Positions 1-11,900 of a stretch of DNA of 64,000 nucleotides are shown one piece after another. How positions within the stretch are numbered: the stretch's first letter is position 1; each line of letters begins with the position of its first letter. The DNA comes from Cyanophora paradoxa CCMP329. Taxonomy: Eukaryota; Plantae; Glaucophyta. The notes beneath the pieces are model-generated. The model had not been told where the DNA came from, did not search any database, and was given only the letters and a program-made list of their open reading frames with translations. Location: the NCBI GenBank assembly GCA_004431415.1, contig QPMI01000712.1:5685-69684 (forward strand), given 5' to 3'. Made by a program: the position numbers and the translations under genes.

Positions 1-3000
1 CCGCAGTACGAGCCCGGCGGGGAGAGGTCCGGCAGCCTGCGCGAGTCGCGCGAGAGGCTCGAGCGCGACTTGATGGACATACGTGCTGCAACGCGCGCGA
101 CCTCCTATTCGCCGCTGAGGTTTGCCCGCGCGCCTCAATTCGTCGTTGGACGCCACGCGGCTACGAAGTTTGAACTTGGGTCGGCCCTCCTGCCGCAGGC
201 GGGCCGAGGAGTCCGGTATTCGGCCCTCGTCTTTCGATCTTGGCGGGTTGCGTGCCTCTACGTCGTCAGACACCGGCGCCTGGGTCACGCTGGAAGAGGG
301 CACCGCTTTCCGACCCGTGCGCAAGCGCCCAGCCCTCGGCGCGGATGGCGCTGTTTTCCTGGGCCGCTTGAAGGATTGGTTGCATCTCTGAGCCGGCGGC
401 GTGCAGCGGGATCTCTCCTCCGGAGTCAGTCGGAGCCTCGGGGCCTTGCCCGTGCCGGCCGTGGAGGACCCCGGGCGCAATGATCATATCGGGGACGTGC
501 TGTGCGTCCAATTTTCTTTTTTGTCTCTTAAGGCGCTCACGGGGGCGGGCAGGCTGATCAACGAGATCCGGGCGCTGCGGAGCAAGCTGGAGGAGCAGGC
601 GGTGAACAACGCGAACCGGCTGGCGCGGCAGGAGGAGGAGCACGCGCGCGTCGTGCAGCAGCTCTGCCGCGACCACCAGGAGCGCGAGCGCGCCATCCGC
701 GAGGCCGCCAGGGCCGACATCGAGGCCGTGCGCCGCAGCCAGGCGCGCCCCGGCGTGCGGGGGCCGACGCGGGGCGGGGCAGATGGAGGCGCGGTTCAAG
801 GAGGACCGGGCGCGGATGGAGCGGATGGTGCGGGAGACGGAGGGCGCGCTGCGCTCCTCCACAGAGGACCGCGAGACGTTTCGCGCCGCCATCGAGTCGC
901 GCCACGCCGAGAGCACCGCCCGCCTCCTCAAGGCGCGCCGCTTCCCGCCCCGCGAACCCGGCGTGGCTGACGGGGCGGGCAGGACGCGGAGGCTGAGATC
1001 TCCGAGCTGCGGACGCGCCTCGCGGAGGCGGAGTCGGCGCGCTCGCGGGAGAAGTCCAACTACTCGGCCCAGCTCCAGCTCCTCGAGTCCCGCCTCTCGG
1101 ACATGTGCGGCGCCGCGCGCGGCCCCGCGCGGGGGGCCGGGGGCGAGCGGGCGGGGTGGGGCGCAGGCGGCTGCAGGTGGAGCGGCTGCAGTCGAGCGAG
1201 GCGGCGTGGGAGGCGTCGCGGGCGGCGGAACGCGAGCGGGAGCGGAGCGAGGCGCGGGCGATCGAGGGGGACCTCTCGCGGGCCGTCGACACGCTCTCGA
1301 AGGAGGCGGAGCTGCGGCGCGAGCTCGAAGCGGCCAACGCGTCGCTCGCGGAGAAGCTCGCGTCGGAGCGGCAGGCGCGGGCGCGGGCGGAGCAGCGGGC
1401 CGGGGACCTGCTGGACGCGGCGGCGCGGGACCGCGAGGCCTCCGCCACGTCGGAGCGCGAGCGCAAGCGCCTCGCCGAGGAGCTCCACGCCGCCGAGGCC
1501 GCCCGCCGCCTCCTCGAGGTCCGCGGGGCCCGCCCCGGCCGGGCCGGGCACCCGGGGGCCGACGCGCGGGGCCGGCAGGTGCAGCTGCGGGACGCGACGG
1601 ACGCGGCGCGGCAGGCGCAGGTCGAGTCGCGGGTCGCGGAGGAGGAGCGCCGCGCCGCCTCGCAGCGCGCGCGCGAGCTCGAGGGCGGCGCCGCCGAGCT
1701 GCTGGCGGTGCGGCGCGAGGCGGCGCAGCTGACGGCGGCCGTCGCCGCGGAGCGGGAGATGCGGCAGCAGGCCGAGCAGTTGCTCGCCGAGGCCCGCGGG
1801 GCCCTCGCCGGCGAGCGCGAGTCCGGCCGCGCGCAGAGCGGCAAGCTCCAGGAGCAGCTGCAGAGCGTCCAGGACGAGACCTCGCGGTGCGGGGCCTCGC
1901 CCCCACCTCGCCCCGCCCCGCCCCGCGCCGCCGGCCGAGCCGCCGGGCAGGCTGCTGCGGGAGGCGAACGCGCGGGCGGAGCGGGAGGCGGTGCGGGCGC
2001 GGGAGGCGTCGGAGCGGCTGGCGGCGCAGGCGGGGGCGGCGGAGGCGCTGCGCGTGCAGCTGGACATCCTGCAGCAGGACCTCGCGAACATGAAGGCGCA
2101 GCGCGAGCTCGAGCGCATCAAGCTCGAGCAGAGCGAGGCCCTCGAGCGCGAGCTCGCCAAGCTCAAGGCCGACTACGCGCGCCTCGTGGAGAGCCTGCAG
2201 GGCGACCGGGAGAGCTACAAGGCGAGCCTGCTCGTCTACCAGCGGCAGCTCGACGAGCAGCTCACCGACATGAGCGCCAAGATCCGCGCCGCGGAGGAGG
2301 CGGTGCGCGCCCGCCGCCCCTCGCGCCGCGCCGCGCGCCGCCGACGGGGCGGGGCCGGTGGCAGCACGCGCGGGAGGCGGCGTCGCGGCAGGAGCGGGAG
2401 CGGCTGGCGGAGGAGCAGGAGCAGCAGCTGGCGGAGGCCGTGCAGCGGCTCGCGCGCGCCGAGGAGGCCCTCGAGGCGGCCGAGCGGCGCGCCCGCCACG
2501 CCGACGCCGAGCGCGGCTCGCTCGCCCGCGAGCTCGACGCCATCCGCCGCGAGCGCGAGGCCGCCGTCTCCGACCGGTCCGCCCGCCCCGCCCCGCCCCG
2601 CGGCTGGCCCCTCTGAGGGGCGGGGCGCGCAGGGACGCGGCGCTGGCGCGGACGGCGGGGCGGGCGAGCGCGCTGGAGGCGGAGCTCGAGGCGCTGCGGC
2701 GCGAGAAGGAGCGCCTCGCGATGGACGCCGCCGTCACCGAGGCGCAGCGCATGCGCATGAGCCAGAGCGAGACGGAGCTCGCCACGCTGCGCGCCGAGCG
2801 CGAGCGCTTCAGCGCCGACCGCGCCGCCATCGCGGCCGAGCTGCGGCGGCAGCTCGAGGAGGTCGAGGCGGCGCTGGCGGAGGTGCGCGCCGAGAACGAG
2901 CGCTTGGCGGCGGAGCGCGACGAGGTCGCCGGGGAGCTGCGCCGGGAGCGCGAGCGCGGCTCGGGGCGGGCGGACGAGTTCGTGGCGGCGCGGCAGGAGG

Positions 3001-5710
3001 CGCGGCGCGAGGTGGAGACGCTGCAGGCGCGGCTCGACAACGAGCGCGCGCAGCTCGCCCAGCTCCTCGCCGAGGCCCGCGACACCGCCGCCGCCGCCGC
3101 CCAGCGCGCCGACCGCGCCGAGGACCTCCTCGCCGCCCTCCGCGCCGAGATGGGCGGTGCGCGCCGCCCCGGGCCCCGCCCTTCCCGCGCCGCGCCGCGC
3201 CGGGCCGGGCGGGGGCGAGCGGGGCGGGGCGGGGCGCAGAGACGCGGGAGGCGCACGAGCGGCTGGCGGAGCTGGAGGGGACGGTGCGGGCGCTGGGGCA
3301 GGAGAAGGCCGCCCTCGCCGAGCGCTTCGCCCGCGAGCAGGCCCTCTGGACGGTGCCCCGCCCCCGCCCCCAGCGCCGGCGCCCCGGACCGGAAGCCGAG
3401 GGGCGGGGGCGGCAGAGCGCGAAGGAGGACCTGACGAAGATCGCGGACAACTACCGGCAGCTGCTGGACAAGGAGGCGGAGAAGGGGAAGCGGCTGCAGG
3501 GGGAGGCGCTGGCCCTCGAGGAGCGCGCCGCCCGCGCCGACGAGGAGGCCCGCGAGGCCCGCGGCCGCGCCGCCGCGCTGCAGGAGGAGCTGCGGCGGCG
3601 CGAGGCGAGCGGGGAGGAGTACAAGCGCGAGGTGGAGCGCGAGGTGGCGGCCATCGACGCGCACCTGAAGCTCGAGGCGGAGCAGCGGCGCCTCGTCGAG
3701 GAGGCGCACCGGCGGCAGGTGGAGGAGCTGCAGGAGCAGCTGCGGGGCCAGGCGGAGGCGATCCGGGGGGCGTACGGGCGGGAGGTGGCGGCGCTGGGGG
3801 AGCAGCTGGAGCGGGAGCGGGGCCACGGGCGGGCGATCGAGCGGGCGCACACGGAGCAGGTCCGCGAGCTCCAGCACCAGCTCCGCCTCCTCCGCGACCA
3901 GGCCCGCCCCGCCCCGCCCGCCCCGCCCCGCGGCGGCTGACGCGGCGGGTCGGGGCGCAGGCGGCGGGGATGTCGGCGGCGGACCGCACGGCCTCCCTCG
4001 CCGCCTCCGCCGCCGCCTCCCTCCGCCACTCCCTCGACGCTGGCACCGGCGCCGCTGCGAGCGGGGCGGCGGGCGGGGCGGCGGGCGGGGCGGAGGCGGG
4101 GCTGGGGCGATGCGGGTGGCGTACCAGCAGGAGGTGGAGGGCCTGCGGCGGGCGCTGCAGCTGCAGCGGGACCACAACGAGCGCCTCACCGAAGAGCTCC
4201 GCTCCCTCTGCGACGAGGTCGCCGCCGCTCCGCCGCCCCGCCGCCCGCCCCGACCCCGTACCCGGCCCTCCGGCGCCTCCTCCGCGCCCCGCGCCGCCTC
4301 CCGGCCCTCGTCCCGCCCTCGCGGCCTCCTCGGCCGGCGCGGCGGCGCAGGCGGCGAGCTCGCCGGAGGGCCCGACGCCGCGGGGCGGGGCGGGCTCGGC
4401 GGGGGCGAGCCCGACGCTGCACCGGACGCGGGAGTTCGCGACGCTGCCGGCGGCGGGGGGCCGCGGCGGGGCCCGAGCGAGGCGGGGGAGATCTACTCGG
4501 ACCGCGCCACGCGGGCCCCCGAGGAGAGCGCCCTCGCCGACGACGACGACGAGGACGAGGAGGACGAGGAGGGGTACACCACGGAGGGCAGCTACGGCCC
4601 CGGCGGCGCGTCGGGGGCGGGCGGGGCGGGCCGGCGGGGCCTCCGTGTGGGCGGGGTGGAGCCGGAGGACCTGCGCTGGCCCTCCGCCCCGCCGCCTCCA
4701 ACCCCGCCTCGGACGCCCGGCGGCGGCGGCGGCGGCGGAGTCGGGGCCGGAGGCGGCGGGCCCGGCGCGGGCCCGCTGGCGGCGGCGGCGGGTGACGTGC
4801 TGGCGGCGCTGCGGTCGATGCGGGAGGAGATCGACGCGCTGCGGCGGAGCGGGGCGGCGCGGGAGGCGGTGCTGCGGCGGGCGTACGAGGAGGAGCTGGC
4901 GGGGGCGGCGGCGGCTCGGACGGAGCTGGAGGAGCGGCTGCAGCAGCAGGCGGAGCGGTACGAGCTCGTGAAGGACATCGCCCTGCGCCGCGGGCAGCAG
5001 GCCGCCGACCTCAACGCCATGCTCGTGCGGCCCCCGCCCCGCCCCAGCCCCGCCCCGGCCCCCGCCCGACCCAGGCCCCGCCAGCTCTCTCGCGCCGAGC
5101 ACGAGGCCCTGGGCGACGAGAGGCGCTCCTACAGCCCGCCCGCCACCCGCCCGCGCCCGCCGCGGCGCCCTCCTCGCCGGGCACGGGCGCGCGGCGGCCG
5201 GCGGCGGGGCGGGCGCAGGGCGCGCGGATCGTGGTGGAGGTGCCGACGGGGGCGGCGGGGGCGGCGGGGCGGGCGGGGCGGGCGACCCCGAGGCGCTGCG
5301 GGCCTTCCTCGCCCGCCTCGAGGCAGAGGGGCGCCTTCCCGGCGCCCCGAGGCCGCCCCGCCCCGCCCGGCCCACGCCGGCCCCGCCGCCCCCGCTCCGC
5401 CCACAAGGGCACCCCGCGCCGGCCCCGTCGCCGGCCGCGGCGGCGGCCCCGAGCTCCCGGGCCCGGCCGAGCGCAAGGCGCGCCGCCCGGAGAAGGCGGC
5501 GGCGGCGGGGGCCAAGGAGGCCGGCGTGGCGGCGGGAACGGCGCGGTGCGCGGCGGGGCGTGCGCGCGGGGCCGGCAGCGCTCGCTCTCGGTGGGCGGCG
5601 GCGCCGAGGCGGCGTCGCCGAAGAAGAAGGGCAAGGCGGGGGCGGGGGGCACCCCCGCCCCCGCCGCCGCCTCCAAGAAGCCGGCAGCCAAGGCCCGCAA
5701 GGCCCTGTGA
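1..5710 (+). CDS. 3' part of a multi-exon host gene for a long coiled-coil protein with an acidic patch and a Lys/Ala-rich basic tail; starts upstream of the window
   Basis: E/A/R/L/Q-rich heptad segments from different ORF frames join in frame after removing short introns (502-552, 743-782, 933-982, 3902-3960 and others). Ends ...KKPAAKARKAL with TGA at 5708-5710. One apparent homopolymer frameshift near 4105. Confidence 0.8.
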
Positions 5711-7230
5711 GTCTCTGTCCGCCTTGCAAGTGTGCACATGTGGCTTGCGGGACGGGTGCAATTGCGCATGCGGCGCTGGAATTTGAATGCGTACGTGATT
5801 AAGCGGCCTTACTCACTACTCGTATACTCCGGTCAGATGCATCCGGGTAGCTGCGGCTAGCTAGCAACGTACACGTACGTATATGTACCGCGGGCCCGGG
5901 GCCGCGGCCGGTAGCGCCTATAGCTAGCAGTCCCTTGAGCTTTGAAATTCGATTCGCTTCAAGTGCACACGTATATACGGGGTACGTAGACCCGGTGCAC
6001 GTGATCGAGTACCCCGGTCTGATCGCTTGAGTACCCCGGGCCCAGTCTGAACTCGGAATTACTAGCACGCAGCGGCCTCGAGCTCTGCTCGAGCTCTGAC
6101 TGGTCCGGCCGCCGGTTGGAAACGGGGTAGCCTACTAGGCTAGCAGAAAGCGACTCGGCGAGGCCCTGAGGGGCGCCCCCGGGCGCCGGCCCGCGCCCGG
6201 GCCGGGCCGGGGCGGCCTGCGCCGCGGCCGGCGCCGGCAGTGCGCATGCGCACTGCGCATGCGGCACTGCGGCATATCATCATCATCGGCATACATTGCC
6301 ATACAATTCATATGCATGCCGCGGCCGGCGCCGCGCCTGCACTGCCGCCGGCCGGGCCGGCGCCGCGCCTGCACTGCATGCGCACCTGCAGGCTAGCGCG
6401 CTAGCGCGCCGCGGCGCTGGCGCGGCGACGCCACGTGCACGCGCGCCATGGCCCGGCGGCCAAGTCCAGCAAGCCGCTAGCCCGACCTCAGCTATAGCTA
6501 GCTTCGCGCGCTGGCCAGCTAGCGCGGCTGTCGGCTAGCTCGCCGGCTAAATCATGCGCTTGTACCCAGCAATTGGCTCCATTCCCCCCCCTGCTCGAGT
6601 CTCGATAAATCGAAACTCGCAGGAGCTCTTTTTTTCGCATTCGGTACAACAGGTACTTGATGCGGCCTAGCGCGCTACGCGCTGCTTCCCGAGCATTTGC
6701 ATGTATGACAAGCTTTGCTGAGCATCGCAAGAGCTTTCTTATGCACTTGGTCCGGCCCCTATACGACCACAGGATCAGGCGCTGCAAGGGATAGTCCAGG
6801 AAAGGGTCCGGTCCTTTTTTCCGCGCAGCATTCCGCTCTTTCCAGGTTCTGACAACGAATTCCGGGCTCTCGTGCATGCACTAACACTCGGTTAAGAGCT
6901 CGGAGCTGGATCGGGAGATGAACAGACTCGTCATTTTGCAAGTTACCGAAAACGGGGGCCCTACGTACCCCGTTTCCAATAATTATTGAATTCGAACTTC
7001 GGAAATTCGAAAGCCCAAGCACCTACTTTTCACTTATATAATTAAGCTTTGCTTCGCGCTGCTACGCATCTGCGAGCAGCGCAATGATCTGGGAGCGATG
7101 TACATGTAGAAGCATTCCTAGCGCTAGCTGTTTCGGGGATGTTGTGGGCCGAACCTGTCACAGTGTGGCAGCGCCTGGAGACGTTGTCGACGTTGCATTT
7201 GGTACCCCTCTGCAAGGGACGGGTCATGAT

Positions 7231-7784
7231 TAGGGCTGGGCCGGTGGCGGCCGGTGGCAGTGGCGGCCTCCCACCGACCGACCGGGTGGATGGTCTAGAT
7301 CTGGTCCACCGCCATATATACAACGCCCGGTACCATACAAATAAAAATTTTAGGGGGGGGTAGGCTCGCGAAAAATTCATATTCTCGCGCGCGAAAGTTA
7401 CATATTCCGTGCACCCAGGCCAGGAAAGTCCTGCTTAGTTCATCTTCCTGCTCTCCTGCGCTCCTGTGCTCTTCAATCCGACGGAGCCCAAGGGAGCTGA
7501 CGCCATCGATCGCGATATCCCGTACCCCTCCTGAGCATATGCATCAACCACCCCGGCCTCCCCCTCAACTGGCTTGAACTCGCCCCAAAGCACTTGCTTT
7601 AGACAGTTGGGAACAGAGTAGGCGCGTAGCGCCTTGAAGCTGTGCGGAATTAAGCGTATTTCCTGCCAATTTTCACGCACTGCAGCAAGTACCCCCCCTC
7701 TACCGACCGCCACCGGCGGGTAACAGTCAGCGGGCCCACCGACCGGGTGGGGGTTCAGGTCGACGTCGACTGTGCCCAGCCCTA
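7231..7784. mobile_element. Non-autonomous hAT-type DNA transposon (MITE, 554 bp)
   Basis: 11-bp TIRs TAGGGCTGGGC...GCCCAGCCCTA; exact 8-bp TSD GTCATGAT at 7223-7230 and 7785-7792; subterminal CCACCGACCG repeats; no transposase ORF. Confidence 0.85.
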
Positions 7785-7852
7785 GTCATGATCACGGGCC
7801 CGGGGTCTTATTTCATCATGGCATGCAAGCTTTAACTTAGTAAGCAGTACTA

Positions 7853-8110
7853 CCGTATAACACAATATTAATGCGCTCAATATTAATGCGTTTTTGGACC
7901 CGGACCCCCAGTACGGCTAATAATGCGTCCCCAATTTAATGCGTTTTTACGCTTCGTCGCCTGCATTAGGGGGGTACTGAGGTCTACTGACAGCAGTTTC
8001 TTAGCAATCTGTTATTAATGCGCCCCCAAATTAATGCGTTTTGACGGCAGAAAACGCATTAAATTGGGGGCGCATTAATATTATGCGCGCACTAATATTC
8101 TGTTATACGG
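7853..8110. mobile_element. Tc1/mariner-pogo(Tc2)-type MITE (258 bp)
   Basis: ~24-bp imperfect TIRs (CCGTATAACACAATATTAATGCGC vs reverse complement CCGTATAACAGAATATTAGTGCGC); flanking TA at 7851-7852 and 8111-8112; repeated ATTAATGCG motifs and an internal palindrome at ~8013-8080. Confidence 0.8.
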
Positions 8111-8997
8111 TAGTAAGCATGCGCAGTGCCATGCACTCGTTCGAATTCATGCTGTGCCATGGCCCATGGCCACGGTGAGTCGGTGACTGCTTTATTAAAT
8201 TGGAGTGTTTTTCTACACCATCTTCCACCGAAAATTAAAAGGCCCTCGAGCTCAAACGCGCGCCCTCAAATTAAACTGCCTTGCCAAGTTGAACGGGTTT
8301 GTATCAAATTGTATGGGACGTTATAATTATTAATAACGTTATTAATATTAGTAGCATATTATATTAACGTTAATTATAACGTCATTAAATTAGTAACATG
8401 CATTATATAAATAGTCCATTTTCCAGGTTACTAAAGTTATTAGTATAATTCCATCACTGCATACGTACTGCAGGAACGCTGAGGAACCTACTAAGAGGTT
8501 CTTGAGTTGTTTTTTTGGAAAAACATTCATGTTACCGTACCCCCGGCACGCTCCGCCGGCTCCGCGCGCGCGCGCGAGTCCGCGGTTGCAATATTTAATC
8601 GATCATGATCATGAATCATGATCTCCGGCCGGCGGCCGGGCGCGGCGCGGCCGGCCGCGGCCCGCGAGTCCGCGTCGCTCTCCGCGACTCCCGCCGCGAG
8701 TCCCGCGAGTCCCGCGGGATCCGGCCGCGGCTGCGCATGCCGCATGCGCAGTGCGCATGCGCATGCGGACTCCCGGGTCCGGGCCGGGACTCCGCGGCCG
8801 GAGCGGCGATCCCTCATGATCATCATCGCGATCGACATCCCTGTCGGGCCAGTATCGGCTGTTACAACAAGGCGCCATCGCCAGCTGCAGCCAGGTGCAG
8901 GAAGTCGAAGTTTCGGCCCGGGTGCGTGCTACGGTACGCGTTAGTTGCAATTGTAACTGCCGCGCCTGACCGTGGGACGGCCTGCCGGCACACAGCG

Positions 8998-11900
8998 ATG
9001 GCGCGGTTGCACAGCTCGCACGGCGCGCCGGTCGCGCTGGCGGTCGCCGCCCTTCTGGGCCTCCTCGCGGTCGCCCTCGCCTCGACAAACGACGGATGCC
9101 GCGCGAGCCTCGCGAACCCGCACAGGGTGCGAGTCTCGCATACCTGCATGCCCACATATGCATGCATATGATCACGCATGTATACGTATACGTACCGTCC
9201 GGGATCCCGCATCCGTGCACATAATAATATAATGTATACGTACACGTACACATATACAGATTTCGAATTTTGAAGCCACAGCCGGCGCCCGCCCTAGGCC
9301 ATGGCCAGTCTGCACTGCGGCAACGAGCGTAACGGTTACTCCGTCCGAATCCGCGCAGATCTGCTTCGCGAACGGCCTGTCGGTCGACACGCACGCCCAG
9401 CCGGCCCTCGCGCACCACGCGAAGCTCCGGGCCCGCCAGTCGTCGCAGGGCCCCCGCGACCACCACCGCGGCCAGCCGCAGCACGACGTCTACGACCAGC
9501 CGCGTGTCTACCTGGTGCGCACCGCACAAGCCAGTCGCCACCGGTACCCGGCCAGCACTGATGCGGGATGGTCGATGCTCCGGTCGTGATCAGGTCCACG
9601 TCGGAGCCCCGCTGACGGTCCAGGCTCGGGCCGCGATCGAGTCGCACGCGGGCGTCGCTCTGGGCGGCTACATCCCGCACCACTCCTACTTCGTCACCGC
9701 CACGCCCAGCCAGGCCGAGCGCTTGCGGTGAGCAGTCGATCGAAATGGTATAAAAATTCGAAATTATCTTTCTCGGCTAGTGCTGCTCATGCAAGCGAAT
9801 CTCGCCTAGTGCTGCTCAAGCGAACTCGAATCTTGATTAAAAATTCAAATATTGATTACTTCAAACGATTATTCCTGCTTTAATTTTTCAACTTCGCGTG
9901 TGCACACAGATCGGCCCCCGGCGTGCAGTGGGTCGACGCGCACCGCCCCGAGCACAAGGCGCGGCCTCGTACCCCCCACTGACTGAGTTTGTCCTTGCAT
10001 TTGATCGCCCCGTACTAAACCCCGTCCCAGATTTCCCGGACGGTCGCCTCGTTTTCCGCCCAGACGAACGAGCTCTACGCCAGTGTTCGTACCCAAGGCG
10101 ACCTCACTGCGTACGCCGGTGCGCTAGCGCTTCCGAAGATCCATTTGCTATAGCTAGAATTCGAAATCATCCGTGCACGCATGCGTTCGGAAGTCTGCCT
10201 TCAAATTTCTGCTGATCCACGCGCTCGTGTACATGTGCAGCCACTTTGGAGAAGGCGCTCCGGGACGAGTTCCCCGGAGCTGCGATTTCCGTCAGCCCCT
10301 CGCGCGTGGCGGTTCACGTCACCTGCGGGAGTGCCGACCCCCGTCGCGTTGCCGAGCGCCTCGCGGACGAGGTGTCATGAATTTCCTTTGTTAAATTCGT
10401 TGGAATTTGTCCACAGTTGAGCTCGAATCGCCGACCAGCCACTCGTGTCCTGGATCGACGGAGTGTCCCGCTCTACGCTCCGCAACAGACACGCGGCGAC
10501 GCTGCTGACATCCGGTGCCGCCTCGACCGCCAGCGCTAGCTGCAGAAGCATCTGAGGCTCATGATCGCTCGTGGCGCGCTATTTTCTCCGCATCTGCAGG
10601 ACTGGGAGACGGCTTGCCAGAGAGCAACCCCCTCTGGAAAAAGGGAATTCACGGAGAAAACCAGATCGTTGCGGTGAGCTCGAGCGCGCATCGCCAGATA
10701 TCGTAGAATTGTTTCAAGCGCGCACCAACTACAGCTAAAAACCTCTCAAAGAACTAAATTGATATGATATTAACGTTCATATTGATCATCATGAGTTGCC
10801 TCGAAGACATTGAGACCTTTTGAACGCGATCGGTTGTTTTGCTCAGGTCGCAGACGGTTCTCTCGATTTCGATCACTGCTCATTCCTCGAGGACGGAAGC
10901 GACACGGCCAGGTGCGCATCCGGGTTTGATTCATGATCAGACAACACTCGCGCCTGCGGGCGGCGGCTCACTTACACTGAATTTGAAATCGTCGCATGCG
11001 CAGTGCCTTCGCGGCTGCGCTGGCGGATTCGGCTCTTAAGGACACGAAAGATACGGTTGCGGCCGCCAACCGCAAAAAGGTGCTCCGCCGTCTTTGAATT
11101 TTGAACACGTTACGTAGCAGCTTCTTTGACACGGACGAGCAATCGGCAGCTGCTCCGGTACTGGATTTCACCGAAGCCCGGCGCGATATTCAACGAGACT
11201 ACATCAAATTCACAGCACGGCACTCACGTCGCAGGAACGGTTCTGGTGAATTCGAATCTTCAGACTTGCCTGAGTCACGATAAATAGTACGCGCGCTCTG
11301 AGCTGATGCCTGGCGTGTCCAGGGCAAAGTCCCGACGGACTGGGCGAACGCCACCGAGGCCGCAGAGGTGCGCCGCTGTATCGCTCTCCCCTTGCAATTG
11401 AAGTCGTCGACGACTCTGCTGAGCGCGGGCCGTCAGATGTCGAAGTACAACGGGCTCGCGTACGAGGCGAAGCTCTTCTTCCAGGTCCGCTTAACGTCGA
11501 TCGATATCGTGGATCGCTATAGCTAGCGATTGGGGGACCACCTTTAGCGATTGGGGGATTGGGGGGGAAATTGAGATCGGGGGCTGCCTTGCAATTGAGT
11601 GCATCTGATTAGGACTGACGGCACCGTCTGTCGCAGCACCTTTCCGGTGGCGGTGGCTCGATGTTGGCCCCCACCAACCTCTTCGACCTCTTCCAGCCGG
11701 CATACGAGGTGAAACCGAATTCCGGGCTCGCAAGAATTTCGAATCCTCGCGCCAACATTCCGGGACCGGCAGCTCGGGGCCCGCGTCCACACGAACTCGG
11801 TGAGCGCCTCGGGTTCCGGCGCCCGCCCCCGCGCCCCGCCCCGACGTCGGCTGCGCTCCGGGATGTTTCAACTGACATGCGCATTTCGCTCCCCATCAGT

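Noticed and set aside
266-5729. Very long minus-strand ORFs (1307 aa, 1155 aa) and other Arg/Pro/Gly-rich ORFs
   Set aside because: Shadow frames of extremely GC-rich DNA; the spliced plus-strand coiled-coil gene explains the region.
6488-7030. 129-aa basic ORF as a gene or transposase fragment
   Set aside because: No recognisable motif, splice pattern or element boundaries.
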